Part shown: positions 1 through 11,711 of the stretch, piece after piece
Numbering within the stretch: position 1 is the stretch's first letter
How the letters are laid out: the number at the start of each line of letters is the position of its first letter
Assembly: GCA_964019335.1 (NCBI GenBank)
Contig: OZ025662.1
Coordinates: 186,001 to 250,000 of the forward strand
Source: Diplonema japonicum
Lineage: Eukaryota > Protista > Euglenozoa: Diplonemea
Direction: 5' to 3'
Length of the DNA stretch: 64,000 bases
Position numbers and translations under genes: made by a program
Notes under the pieces: generated by a model
What the model saw: the letters and a program-made list of their open reading frames with translations, nothing else
Databases searched by the model: none
Told to the model about the DNA's origin: nothing

Positions 1-184
1 TGCCGTTCCCAAACTCTTCCCCCCCCCTTCTTTCTCTCCCCCCCTCTTTCTCCCCTTTTATTTTTCCTTTCGCAGTAGCTACTTCTACCTTGATAAGTGC
101 TACGGTTTCTGAGAGGGCAACAGTTTTCTTCTTCTTTTATATCTTCTTTCATTTCTTCTCTGTCACCATTGCTAATGTTTTTTC

Positions 185-224
<40 letters not shown>

Positions 225-283
225 TATACAAACCTTTTCAGCAATACACCAACTGCTATCAGAAAAAAAAACAAGAGAAAAAA

Positions 284-745
284 ATGACACCCACCATCCA
301 CCCCGAGCAACTTATCTCTGTTGCGTCTCAGCTCTTCCAGAAGGTGGCGAACAACGCAAAAGCGCAAAAGCTGAGTCTGTATGACGGTGAGAAGGCGCCT
401 GGGATCGAGGTGCGGGAGTACATGAAGCGGCTTGTGCGGTACACTGGGTGCGATGTGGACACCATCATCATTGCGATCATCTACATCGACAGGATCTGCA
501 TCAACGCAGGGATTGCCATCACAGGGAACAACGTGCACAGGCTGCTGCTGGCAGGGTTCGTGGTCGCCATCAAGTGGCGGCAGGACAGGGTCCATGGGAA
601 CGGCCATTACGCCACAGTAGGCGGTGTCACACGCCAGGAGCTCAACAGGCTCGAGAGGACAGCCCTCAACGACCTCAAATGGGAAACTCATGTCGAAAAA
701 TCAATTTTTGAAAAATATGAGAAGCGATTGGTGTCAAACTGTTAA
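284..745 (+). CDS. PHO80/U-type (cyclin P) family cyclin, copy 1
   Basis: 153-aa ORF with PHO80-like cyclin box: 'APGIEVREYMKRLVRYTGC..IIAIIYIDR..ITGNNVHRLLLAGFVVAIKW..D..NGHYATVGGV...ELNRLE'. Confidence 0.9.
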   Translation: MTPTIHPEQLISVASQLFQKVANNAKAQKLSLYDGEKAPGIEVREYMKRLVRYTGCDVDTIIIAIIYIDRICINAGIAITGNNVHRLLLAGFVVAIKWRQDRVHGNGHYATVGGVTRQELNRLERTALNDLKWETHVEKSIFEKYEKRLVSNC

Positions 746-794
746 GGGACGAGCTATGTCCCACTGAAAGACATGAAAGAGAACAAACGAACAA

Positions 795-843
<49 letters not shown>

Positions 844-2302
844 GAACAAAAAAAAATACCCCCTTTCCACCTCCCCCCATCCCGTTCTTCTTCTTCTTTT
901 TGAGAAAAAAAAGAAGAGAATAAAGAAATAAAAAGGGGGGGAAAAGTATTCCCCCCTTCTATTTTTTAAAAAAAAATCTTTTTTTAAAGCTCATATCATC
1001 CCTGATGAGGGAGAGCAAAACTGAACCGGATCGCAACAACTTCCCATTTTCCCTACTCTACCTTCACTTTTTTTTCTTTCTTTCTTTTCCTTTGTTCCTT
1101 CATATGTTACTGTCTTCCCACACTTTCATTCCTCATTTGTGAGGAACAGTAAACTATAGTCGTTGCATCAGAAAAGACGAAGGGTAGAATAGAAGAGGAA
1201 AAAAAAAAGAATCTTTTTTTTTGTTTTTGTTTTCTCCAAGGCGGTGTGTGCCCCTTGTTTTGGGAAAGTTCCTTTTTTTGTTTTTTTCTTTCTCTCCCAG
1301 GAAGACGGTTTATAGACGTTTCTATATTTGGAAGAGGGAAAAAAAAAAAAAAAAAAAAAAAAAAACTAAAACTATCCCACTTTTTTTTCCTTTCTTTTTT
1401 TTTTCTTACATTTATATTTAATTAGTATCCAATGTGAACGCATTTCTTATGAACATTTTGAAACTATGCCCCCCTCTCAGTTTCTCCCTCCATCCCCCCC
1501 CCCCTCCAGCCACACATACACTACGGAAACCTAAAGATTTAAAGTTGTTTTTCTCTCCTCTCTTTTTCCCTCCTTTATGGTGGGAGAGTGAAAAAAAAAA
1601 AAGAATTTATCTTTCCTATTATGTGAAAGAAAGGAGAACACGAGGAGAAAAAGAAAAACGACCAAAAAAAATCTTACTTAGGTTATAAAAATGAAGTCCA
1701 GAAGTAATAATAAATAAAAGGGCGGGGTCTCACAGCCAAGGCCGGCTTAGCTGCACTGAAATATTGAACATTATTCCTCTTATTGCTTCCCCCTCTTCCA
1801 CCCGTTTCCTACCTACAGAAGAAGCTTCTGAAAGGGACAGTTTGGAAGACTTTTCTAAAAAACCCCCTTTTTTTTTTGTTCTCTTTATTTTTATACATAT
1901 ATCATGATCTGTTTAACTATATGCAAATCAAACTATCTTTTTTGATTAAGCTGCTTCCCCCTCCCCCTCTCCCATTTCTCATATTTTTTTCTTTCCCCCC
2001 AAGTTCTGTTCCGCCTATCTCCGTTACACAGGCTTAAGCATAATAGGATTCTAGTATTCAGAGATTTAGGCATCGCCAACAGGCAGGAAAAATGTGCTGA
2101 AGGATGGGAAAAAAAAGAAAAAAAAAGAATTTCAATTCTCCCTTAGTACTCTCGTAATAGTATAGAAAATTGTTTCGAGTCTCTCCCCCCACCCTCCCTC
2201 CCTCCCCTATTGTGAATGTGTCTTCCATCGATAACGTGTCTGTCCATACCCTTAGCCTGCAACATGACTCAGGGTAAAGGTTAAAGGTCCGGAAAAACCG
2301 AC

Positions 2303-2337
<35 letters not shown>

Positions 2338-2990
2338 TTTTTTCTGTGTCCGGGAACAAGATTGTGCACCCATGGCCCTTTTTGTTTCATGTCCACTTTT
2401 TTTTTCTTTATTCAACTCCCACTACAAAGCAGCCTATGCAGCCTGACCACCCAGAGCCTTTAAGAGACTACAGGGCTAATCCTTATCTAGCCGGTGAGCG
2501 CTAGGGCGCATAAGCTACCGTTGTGGTTTGGGAGAAGTGCCGTATATTTTTATTAAAAAAAAAAAAAAAAAAAAAAAAAGGAATGAACACGGAAAATAAA
2601 AAACTTCTCAGAACCCTGAGAAGATCTACACCCTCCTCCCCCCCTCCCAGCCTTGCTTTTTAATATTGCAAGTGGGTGTTATTCTTATATAAATATTACT
2701 TCTTTATTGTTTCCCACCTTTTCTTCTTCTTCTTCTACACACTCTTTTTGTTTTGCTTTCAGCCCCCTTTATCTTAAATGTTGATTACTGAAACAGTCTT
2801 CTTGCATCCCCCTTCCCCTTATTTTATTATAAAAAAATTGAAAGCCCCCCCCCCCCTCTTTTTCTCCTAACAAAGAAATAAAGAAATGGTGTTATTCTTC
2901 TGAGATTTTTTTATTTTTTTCTCTCCCCTCCCCACACACACATGCACACAAACCTCCCCAGGCCATACTAGCATACTTACATAATAAACA

Positions 2991-3491
2991 ATGACCCGCA
3001 CAGCCCCTGAGACCGATTTGGGTATTATGTTTGTGATGACCGACTTGCTTGAGGATGTCATTCAGAAGAGCACAAAGCAGGCCCCCCAGCCTAGTATGTA
3101 TGACGGTGAGAAGGCGCCTGGGATCGAGGTGCGGGAGTACATGAAGCGGCTTGTGCGGTACACTGGGTGCGATGTGGACACCATCATCATTGCGATCATC
3201 TACATCGACAGGATCTGCATCAACGCAGGGATTGCCATCACAGGGAACAACGTGCACAGGCTGCTGCTGGCAGGGTTCGTGGTCGCCATCAAGTGGCGGC
3301 AGGACAGGGTCCATGGGAACGGCCATTACGCCACAGTAGGCGGTGTCACACGCCAGGAGCTCAACAGGCTCGAGAGGACAGCCCTCAACGACCTCAAATG
3401 GGAAACTCATGTCCCGCAGAAGGCTTATGCCAATTACCTACAGCACTTTAAGGGGATCATGGAGCAGGAGGGGAAACCCCACAGTATTTAA
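2991..3491 (+). CDS. PHO80/U-type cyclin, copy 2
   Basis: 166-aa ORF; same cyclin box as copy 1, different N- and C-termini. Confidence 0.9.
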   Translation: MTRTAPETDLGIMFVMTDLLEDVIQKSTKQAPQPSMYDGEKAPGIEVREYMKRLVRYTGCDVDTIIIAIIYIDRICINAGIAITGNNVHRLLLAGFVVAIKWRQDRVHGNGHYATVGGVTRQELNRLERTALNDLKWETHVPQKAYANYLQHFKGIMEQEGKPHSI

Positions 3492-3517
3492 ATTCAAGGC
3501 TGGAAGTAGCATGAACT

Positions 3518-3550
<33 letters not shown>

Positions 3551-6529
3551 GAATGATATTTCTATATGAGCTTGTGATGTTCTTTTAGCATTAGTGAGGA
3601 AGGTGGAACAAAAAAAAATAAGAAAAAGAAAAAGAAAAAAAAAGAAGAAAAAAAAAAAAAAAGGGAAAGATAGGGCAAAGTGTCGTTAGAACACGTTATT
3701 AATTTTCTCCCTTTTTTTTCCCTGTTCTTTTTTCAGAAACCTGGACAAAAGAGTTTTTTTTTTTTTTTTTCTTGAAGGGAAAAAAAAAAAAAAAAAAAAA
3801 AAAATACTCGTGTGACTCTGAGTTATTTCAAATGGCAAAAACTTGGCAATTTTTTGCTACACATGTATGTTCCTACCCATGTCCCCTATTGCTGCTGGCG
3901 TGGCTCATTGTTAAATTGTCTGTTAACCACCCCCCTCCCCCTGTCTCTCCCACTTTTCTGTGGGGGATGTAGTAGCGCCAAAGAAACCCGCCTTCAATTA
4001 TATAAGAAGGCACCCTTGGTCCTTCATTTCTTAGGAAATTAAAAAAAATATACCAGAACCGATACCATACCCCCCCCAATCCAGTTCTTCTTCCGCGCCC
4101 TTAGCATAACTAAGGGGAACGGAGGAGAGAAAAAAAAAATAAAATGAAGGAAAAAAAAAAAAAGAATGATATAGTCATGCTCTCGGCCCTCCCACAAAAA
4201 AAAATGTGAGGTTTTTTTTTTTTTTTTTTTTTAAACCTCCATCCCCGTCAAAAAATAATCGTAATTTTTTTTTTTTTTTTTTTTTTGCTTTTTTTCTTAT
4301 TTCTTTCCCTTCCTTGCCCTTTGTTGGGTGTGTGTGCTGTGATTTTTTTTATTATTTCTTTGTTTTTTTTTTTTCCTTTTTTTTTCTCGAACATTTCCCT
4401 TTTTATTTCAACTTTTAATAATGCAAGCTTTTAATTAATATTAACCAGGTAAAAAAAAAGGAAAAAAAAATGAAAAAAAATAAAAAGTGGAAACGAAAAA
4501 AAAAAAGGGAAAAAAAAAAAGAAAAGAAGAAAAAAAATAGAAGCGAGAAGAAAACAAAACAAAAAAAAGTGTTAAAGAAGGACTGTGTTAGCCCTTTCTT
4601 TTTCAAATAAAAAAAAACTCTTTCCATTAACGATGAAGGAACCTCTATTTTTCCGGTCAAAAAAAAAAACCAACACGCAGGTGGGGGCATTTGGTGTGTG
4701 AACACATTTATTTGTAGTCCCTGTCCTGGAGCGAAGCACCATGTGTCTGGTTTCCTTTTTTTCTTTTTCTTTTTTTTTATCTTTTCTTTTTCTCATGACC
4801 GATGTACCAGTGGTTCCTTTGGGGAGTTTTTTTTTTTAAAACTTTAAAATACAACCACAAAATTCAAAGCTTTTGCCGCACTACTTATTTTATTTTTATT
4901 TTTTTTGGTAAGGGGTTTAAATCCTTAGCCACAAGAGAAAACAAAAAAAATAACAAAAAAAAAAAAGAAAACAAAACAAAAAAGAAAGTCTTCAACTAAA
5001 GTGGTACGGCACCTTGTTTGACAAATCAAAGCTATGCGGCTCGAAGCTGTGTCATCAAATAATAAATTTAAAAAAAAATCTCTAGGCTGCATTTTTTTTC
5101 TTCTTCTTTTTTTTTTTTTTCCCATTGTCAAAATTTTTTGCTTTCATATCACTATCTTGGTCTGACCAGTGAATGAAGAAAATATTGAGAATGAGAGAAA
5201 AAAAAAATCTAAGGGGAGAACAAACCAGTACCTGACCGGATGCTTTCTTTAGGGCCCGTTTGAGGCAATAGAAAAAAAAAAAGAAAGTGGCACCGCAGTT
5301 TTTTCAGTCACTATTGATCTTTACCCCTGTGCAACAGCGCCCTGGGTTTTTTTTAAAGAAAAAAAAAAAGAAAAAAAAACTAAATAAATAAAGAAACGAA
5401 TAGGGTCTTACTGGGCGGAGTAGGTTTTTTTTATTTTTTTCTTTCCCCCCCCTCACCCCCCCCTTTTTTTCTTTTTCTTCTTTTTTTTAAAGAAAAGAAA
5501 TTACTGTAAACCTTTTTAAGAGGTTTACACAGTATTAAAACAAAATTTAAAAAAAAAAAACATATATTTATACACAAATCCCACGAAGGAAAACCCGGTT
5601 ATTTCAGTGTATGTTTGCAGGAGGGGTCAAAAAAAAAAAAAAGGTTAACAATTGTTAACAGTAGTGGATCTCTTAAAAAAAAAAAGGCGGTCTTTGCCAA
5701 CGTTACACCATTTGCACCATTTTTGTAAGCGTTATGACCCTTATGCAGCCGGGGGGGGGGGGGGGGGGGGGGATTGATTTCCATTAAATCATATAGGCGA
5801 GAACGAGAGATCCCCCTTCGTAGCCTAGCCATTCTGGGATGATGTTATGAAGTTTCAGACGGATACAAATAGATTTTCAAATTATTTTCATTCCATTTCC
5901 CCCCCTGAAAACCGGTCCGAGACTCAGGTCTAGATGACCAGAGAACAATTCCACACCCCCTTCAGTTGTCTGCATAAGGGTTGAAAAGGACTTTTTTTTT
6001 TTTTTTTTGACCCCTAGGCATAGAATGCGTCCTATTTAAATTTTTATCTAAAAACAGGATTTGATCCAAAAATCCGGATATGCTCGATGCCTGGGAAAGT
6101 GGCTCACTGCACGGGGAAAAAAAAAAAAAAAAAAAAAATACATAATTGCATCGCAACCTTTTATTTTTAAACTACGGTTTAGCGGTTCTGGGTAATGATT
6201 GTTATCCTCTCTCTCTCTCTCTCTCCCCCCTGAAAATTCTTGTTTCCCCGAAACAGAAAGAAAAAAAAAAAAGAAAAAAAAAAGGAGAGACTTTTTTTTT
6301 ATATTTTTTTTATTGTCCCGCCCTTCGAAAAAAAAACAAAGATATGCGACATCAAGACTTCTTTTTCGAAATAAGTTTTTGTGTTGAGGAAAGGTTTTTC
6401 GTCACATATAACCCGTTTACCGGCAAATACTTTTTTTCTTGTTTCTCTCCTCCCCCTCCTCTCCCCCGTCTTTCTTTTTTAAATAGAAGAATGTTCGCGA
6501 GATGAGTTACAACAACTCTAAAAGAAAAG

Positions 6530-6562
<33 letters not shown>

Positions 6563-7961
6563 CAGGGTTCGCTTGAGGGAAAATATTACCACCAATGTAA
6601 AGTAGAAAAAAAAAAAAAAAACGTACTAACTAACTCCTGCGAAACCATATAGAAGAAAAGAGGCGAGAAAGAAGAGAAAAAAAAAAACAAGAATTATGAG
6701 CCATTCTCTTCTTTCTTTTCTTTATTTTTTCCCCTCCACTCTACCCTGCCCTTTTTCTAAAGACTTTTTTTTTGAAGGAATCTCAAAATGGTGTTAAAAA
6801 AAAGAAACTCTACTTGTGGGACACCCCCCCCTACCCCGGAAAGAATTCCCTTCCTCACATTTTTTTTTGTTCACATTACTTATCCTCGCCCCTATTTCTT
6901 TTTTTTCCCTTCCTAGTGGAAGTATTGCCATTAGTTTTTTTTTTTCTCTTTTTTTTTCCCTCTTCTCTCCTTACTCTTTTTCTCGTGTACACTTTTTTGT
7001 ATACCCCCCTTTTTTTTGGGGTTGGGGAGGGTGAAACATGACTATTCCTACTATATTCGTGTTGCCCTCCCTCCCCTGTGACCCACAAATCGTAACACAA
7101 TCGGCAAACTTAACCCTTTAAGGTAACTTTTCAATACACCAACCACTAAGGGAGTAAGCATTTCGTATTTTTTTTTTTAAATAATTTTTTTTTTAGCTCG
7201 CACGCACCAAGGATACACACGAGTGTCAACTCCCTTCTTTCTTGATGGTGGTATCTTGGCCTGAGCTGGACAAAAAAAAATAATAATAATAATAATAATA
7301 AATAAATAAATAGGAAACTTTTTTTTTCTTTCGTTTTTAAGAACGAAAGAAGCGAATATGGTTGTGCGTGATTTTCTTTCTTTTTTTTTTTTCTTCTGGG
7401 ATAACACAGAAATATGGAAATATAAAGAAGTACATCAGATGTGTTGTTTGCTGTTGACCTCCACGTCGGTCATCACCGGTAGCCCGAGTGGGAGAACATA
7501 ATGCAGATGCTCAGGGTGACGAACAGGCAGCACGGGCTCAGAATCTTGGTTACCAGGGGCGCCCTTTCTGGGGTTGAGTTACACACCTCCCGCATGAAGG
7601 CCGTAGATGATGCTTGAGCAGGGCGCCCTGCCACATACTGCAGGCACCCTTAAATAGTCTTTTTTTTTTTTTTTTTTGAATTTTTTTTTGAATTTTTTTT
7701 TGAAATTTAGATTTTTTTCGAGATGCTAAAAAAAAAAAAAAAACGAGGGGAGGGGGGGTGAATTGCTGAATTGAACGAGAAAAAAAAGGGGGAGAACAAA
7801 CACTCTTATCTGTCGCTACTTTTTATTTTAATAGGGGCAGTTTTTTTTCTTTTTTTTTTTGTACATTTAGCGATTCAAACCTTCTTTGCAGGGAATAAAC
7901 ACACGCCCCGTTTGCTCTCACCCCCCCTTTTTTTTCTTCTTGAACTGAATGACAAAAAAAA

Positions 7962-7993
<32 letters not shown>

Positions 7994-8990
7994 GCTCATG
8001 CGTTCTTTGCCCGTTCTAAACACTTCTGTCAACTGTACCGAGTCACGCCTACTCCCTTACTGAACAAAGAAAAAGGAGAAAAAAAAAAAAAAAGTAGTCT
8101 GTGTCTTCACTCAGTGGGCATCGAAAAAGTAAGGGCCCGAACACCTTTTTACCACCCCCTCTTTTTTTTTACTTCCTTCTTTTGCGGAAGTTCAAAAAAA
8201 AAAAACAAAAAAAAAAAAAAGAAGCAGATTTTTTTTTTCCCCCTCCAGAAACAAGAACGTGAACCAGATATAAGTTATACCTGTTTGTGTACTGGCACCA
8301 GCTATTTTTTCACACAAACATTTCTTCTTTTTTTTTTCTCCCTCCTTTTTTTTTTTTACCCCTCTTTTTTATGTCTAGACCAACGAAATGTCGGACTAGA
8401 CACACCCAGTAAGGAGAGCACTATGTCAAGAAAAAAAAAAGAAAAATATAATTATCTACTTATAGTTTAGCTGGACGGATGTCTCATAGAATTATTTTCA
8501 AATACTGTAAACGAAAAAAAAAAGTCTTTGTTAGCTCAACCTGTGTGGTGGTGGGCAGGGGCAACAAAAGGGTGCTGGGCTTACCAGCTTTCTTCTTTAC
8601 AGTATTAAAAAAAAAAGAGAAACAAAGAAAAAAAAAAAGAGGTACAGCTTCAATACAGAGAGCCAACACCTACTACCCTCCTTTTTTTTTTTTTTTTTTT
8701 TCCTCTTTAAAAGCTCCCATCTTTCCATTGAACCCTTCTGCCACAAAAGCAGTGAACGATTTTTACATCAATGTCCGCTACTGCTCGTGCCCCTTCCCAC
8801 TTTTTTTTTTCTTCTTCTTTTACCTCTCTCTCCCTTCCAACCTTCACAGCAGCTCAGGAAAGGCGACAAAAAAAAGAAGGGGGGGAAATAAGGGGAAAAA
8901 AAAAAGAAAAGAAAGAGAGAAAAAAAAAAGATAGTAGAGATTTTTTTCTTTTCTTCCTTCTTTTATTTTTCTCCCCCCCCCCTCTCTTGG

Positions 8991-9024
<34 letters not shown>

Positions 9025-9226
9025 GTCGGGATTTTAATTATAAAAGCATATGCTTGGGGACTGGAATCCAGTGCAAAGCGTTGTTTGCCACCTTATCACC
9101 CACCCCATTCTCGTTTCCCCCCTTTTTTTGTTTATAAAAAAAACCAAAGGTTATCCCCCCCCCCACATTTTACTTTTTTTATATCATCACAAAAACAAAG
9201 GCGAGCAAAAAAAAAAAGAAAAAAAA

Positions 9227-9742
9227 ATGTGCAAAGCTCCGAGCATTGATGTGAAGACAACCCAGGTGATGGACGCTGATAAAAAGGCAATTGCAGTGAT
9301 CGCGAATCTGCTTGAAGATGTCATTCAAAAGAGCGAAAAGAAGCCGAAACAGAGCAGCCACTACGACGGTGAGAAGGTGCCTGGGATCGAGGTGCGGGAG
9401 TACATGAAGCGGCTTGTGCGGTACACTGGGTGCGATGTGGACACCATCATCATTGCGATCATCTACATCGACAGGATCTGCATCAACGCAGGGATTGCCA
9501 TCACAGGGAACAACGTGCACAGGCTGCTGCTGGCAGGGTTCGTGGTCGCCATCAAGTGGCGGCAGGACAGGGTCCATGGGAACGGCCATTACGCCACAGT
9601 AGGCGGTGTCACACGCCAGGAGCTCAACAGGCTCGAGAGGACAGCCCTCAACGACCTCAAATGGGAAACTCATGTCGAAAAATCAGCGCATAACAAGTAC
9701 TGCAAACAGTTCACGATGCACAAGTTATGGAAGGCTATTTAA
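9227..9742 (+). CDS. PHO80/U-type cyclin, copy 3
   Basis: ATG at 9227 (MCKAPS...) after an A-tract; the upstream part of the listed ORF is homopolymer-derived; same cyclin box. Confidence 0.88.
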   Translation: MCKAPSIDVKTTQVMDADKKAIAVIANLLEDVIQKSEKKPKQSSHYDGEKVPGIEVREYMKRLVRYTGCDVDTIIIAIIYIDRICINAGIAITGNNVHRLLLAGFVVAIKWRQDRVHGNGHYATVGGVTRQELNRLERTALNDLKWETHVEKSAHNKYCKQFTMHKLWKAI

Positions 9743-10631
9743 ATTTGCTTTTTTTTTTTATTTTTTTTTTTATTTTGACATTAGAATAATTTTTTTCGAA
9801 AAAAAAAAGAAGAAAAAAAAAGAACTCATCCGTGTTGAGACATCGTGTTACTTCTCTCCATGATTTATTACTATTTCCCGATACCCCCCCCCCACCCTTT
9901 TTTATTTCTTAAAAAACTTTTATTCTCCATCTCAAGAAAAGTAAGAGTGCGGGGTAGTGGCGCCCGCTCTTAATTTTTTATACCCGTAGAAAAAAAAAAT
10001 AATGCTTTTTTTTTTTATAATTATTATTATTCAAAAACAACTTGAAAAGCGGGGGGGGGGGAGGACCCTTGTTGTTCTTCTCTGGGAAGGGGAGAAAAAA
10101 AAATACTAAAAAACAAAAAAAATAGATCACCAGTCAGATGAATCAAGTTGTAGGCAAATAAAAGGAAACTGGTGCAATAATATTGTAATTCAGTTGCCTT
10201 CCTGCACAATCTGCCAGTGGTGGTGCCTGGTGTAATACGCCAAATGCACCTCTTATATCTTTTTTTTTCCCCTTTTGTTTTCCCCTTCTCTTCATGGTGG
10301 ATAACACCTACCCTTTCTATACTTATTTTTTTTCCCTTTTTTTTTTCCTCCTCCCTAATCGTTTAGCTATGCTTGAGGATGCATGCCCCCCCCCCTTTTT
10401 TTTCTCCCCCGCCTTTCATTCTTTTCCGATAATCATGAGTTGGTCTTCCCAAATAAAAGTAGAAGTTTTACTTAATTGGGGGTTGAAGACTTTGTAGATA
10501 GAAAGTATTTACAAGGTGTGAGACCGGCTCCCCCACCCGCCCTGAAGGAAAAAGAAAGAAAACAGAATGGGAAAAAAAAGAAAAAAAAATTTTTTTTCTC
10601 CTAAAATAATATAATACTTGTAACGCTTTAA

Positions 10632-11678
10632 CCCTTATCAGCCCAGGGGGGGTTGAGTTGATTTTTGGATTTTCCCGATTTTGGTCCCTTGTTGGCATGG
10701 GTCGGACATGCTGAAGTCTTGAGGTTATGTTTTTGGTTCGAGGTACACATTTGAAAGATATTTGAAATCTGCGTTCATTCCACTAAAGATTTTGTGATTT
10801 CGATCAATAAGAAGCCAATGTTCAGGGGGGTCATGAGTAGGTGGCCCCCACAACAGTGATTTCAGCCTTACCAGCACTCAGAAATCTTCCCTTTCAGGCC
10901 TGTCCTGTGGCTATTCTGCCGCTGTCCTTGCACATCTGCCTCAAAACAAAGATCTTGAAAATCTGCGTTCATTCCACCAAATGTTTAATGTTTTCGAGCC
11001 GTGGAGGTGCATTGATCGGATGTCGCAAAACCTTGCCCAAACTCTTCTCCCACAGGTAAGGTAGATAGGTGCACATCTCGTCTGTCCGACCAAGCAAGGT
11101 AGACCAGGCTAGCGTTGTTCTGATACGTCACGCTACCTGCTTCCATGGCACTTACATCATTGGGCAGACCCCGCCTATTTTTGCAAATCGCTCCACAGCA
11201 GTGTATCCCCACGCCCTTCAACTCGTGGAAGAGCTGAACACCGCTACCAGTTGTCGATATACAAATCATAACCTTTGTTCTCGTATGTGGAGAGGAGCCT
11301 TCCCACAACAGTCTTTGGTGTTTCCCTTGTAGGTGTCGACCCCACCATCATGTCGGGGCAGTATCCCGTGCTGCTTTCGTTGAGAATAACACCTCATTGA
11401 TTACGTTCGTCGGGACAAACTGACGGAGGGGTGGTCCACTGACAAATTTTGTTGTCAGGGGTCAGAGCCTTCACCCATTTCCCATTCACGAGATCGATGA
11501 ACGGGCGGATCAGACGCAGCTTGTCGGTTTCTCTGGCAGCAGGACTGGCAAGTGCAGGTACCGCAGGATCACTTTGAACCGGTTCTTCGACATTTCCGAC
11601 CAAAGACTCAGGTTTGGATGGACACAGGGAACAACACTCCCATTAACGACTCATATATGAGTCGTTGGGCGGATAAGG

Positions 11679-11679
<1 letters not shown>
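10632..11679 (-). mobile_element. Internally deleted, decayed piggyBac DNA transposon
   Basis: TIRs CCCTTATCAGCCCA (10632-10645) and TGGGCGGATAAGGG (11666-11679), 13/14 match; TTAA on the left, T-TTAA on the right; palindrome AACGACTCATATATGAGTCGTT at 11645-11666; minus-strand transposase fragments 'DKLRLIRPFIDLVNGKW...TP' and 'LFHELKGVGIHCCGAICKNRRGLP...LAWSDRRDVHLST'. Confidence 0.85.

Positions 11680-11711
<32 letters not shown>

Noticed and set aside
149-691. Antisense ORF 'MSFPFEVVEG...' repeated three times
   Set aside because: It is the shadow of the identical cyclin cores, not an independent gene.
2425-2545. GC-balanced patch that might be a small structured RNA
   Set aside because: Only short stems and no convincing box motifs.
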